Below, piece by piece: positions 63,913-64,000 of a stretch of 64,000 bases of DNA (its first letter is position 1; each line of letters begins with the position of its first letter). Source of the stretch: an uncultured Acidobacteriota bacterium (GTDB lineage: Bacteria; Acidobacteriota; Thermoanaerobaculia; UBA5066; Gp7-AA6); the NCBI GenBank assembly GCA_963739435.1, contig CAVUAN010000005.1, positions 168,128 to 232,127 of the forward strand, in the 5' to 3' direction. The translations under genes and the position numbers were made by a program. The notes beneath the pieces are model-generated. The model ran no database searches and was not told where the DNA came from. It saw only the letters and a program-made list of their open reading frames with translations.

Positions 63913-64000
63913 TCAATGCTGCGGATCGAGGGCGATCTCCCTCGGGCTCACGAGTGCTGTCAGCTGTTTGACGTCGAAGAACTCGAGCAGGCCAAAACAG
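63913..64000 (-). CDS. 3' end of a gene truncated by the window edge (unknown product)
   Basis: The open frame ..LLEFFDVKQLTALVSPREIALDPQH* ends with TGA at 63915-63913. Only 29 codons are visible. Confidence 0.25.
   Translation of the reverse strand, partial: CFGLLEFFDVKQLTALVSPREIALDPQH

Overview
Limits: I ran no database search, alignment, folding or GC computation. Product names come from motifs I recognise in the translations. Coordinates of non-ORF features (hairpins, promoters, repeats) were counted by hand and may be off by 1-2 nt.

The window is a GC-rich bacterial chromosomal segment (roughly two-thirds G+C by eye, not computed) and is almost fully coding. From left to right it contains:

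1. An RRM-type glycine-rich RNA-binding protein gene with promoter-like and terminator signals.
2. A three-gene xanthine-dehydrogenase-family operon (2Fe-2S, molybdopterin and FAD subunits). The FAD subunit carries the C-x15-C-x7-C-x8-C insertion I associate with 4-hydroxybenzoyl-CoA reductase. The large-subunit gene is bracketed by a 33-bp inverted repeat built from GTCCAAA heptamers.
3. A frameshifted Cys/Met-metabolism PLP enzyme gene, followed by a Calx-beta protein and a cupredoxin, both with Pro/Thr-rich linkers.
4. A roughly 28-kb, 23-gene, single-strand surface-glycan operon (7620-35763, minus strand).
   - It encodes gmd/fcl, a WecA/WbpL-type initiating transferase and a CapD-like dehydratase.
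   - It also encodes glycosyltransferases, five SAM methyltransferases, an AsnB-type amidotransferase, two MOP-type flippases, and Wzy-like, Wzy_C/ligase-like and Wzz-like proteins.
   - Most junctions are 4-nt ATGA/GTGA overlaps.
   - Its UDP-sugar 6-dehydrogenase is split at the catalytic Cys by a 482-aa intein with a LAGLIDADG endonuclease.
5. An accessory region (about 35.9-59.9 kb) that I consider the most interesting part.
   - Twelve genes carry an unnamed module of about 125 aa with two conserved cysteines (PCR..DTR ... CGIP ... DVNGYFQ).
   - Eight co-directional genes end with the module. Their heads are beta-helix proteins, two metalloproteases with IPT/TIG domains, a PQQ-type beta-propeller, a 1294-aa multidomain protein and two stand-alone copies.
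   - Four fibre-like paralogues carry the module at the N-terminus. Two of them are preceded by a conserved leader of about 160 nt.
   - A TMTC-like GT-C/TPR glycosyltransferase gene is embedded among these paralogues.
6. A degenerate integrase remnant, a small secreted protein, an amidohydrolase, an APC permease and a partial gene at the right edge.

Many genes are interrupted by frameshifts or an in-frame stop, in an uneven, clustered pattern. I cannot tell real pseudogenisation from assembly indels without reads.
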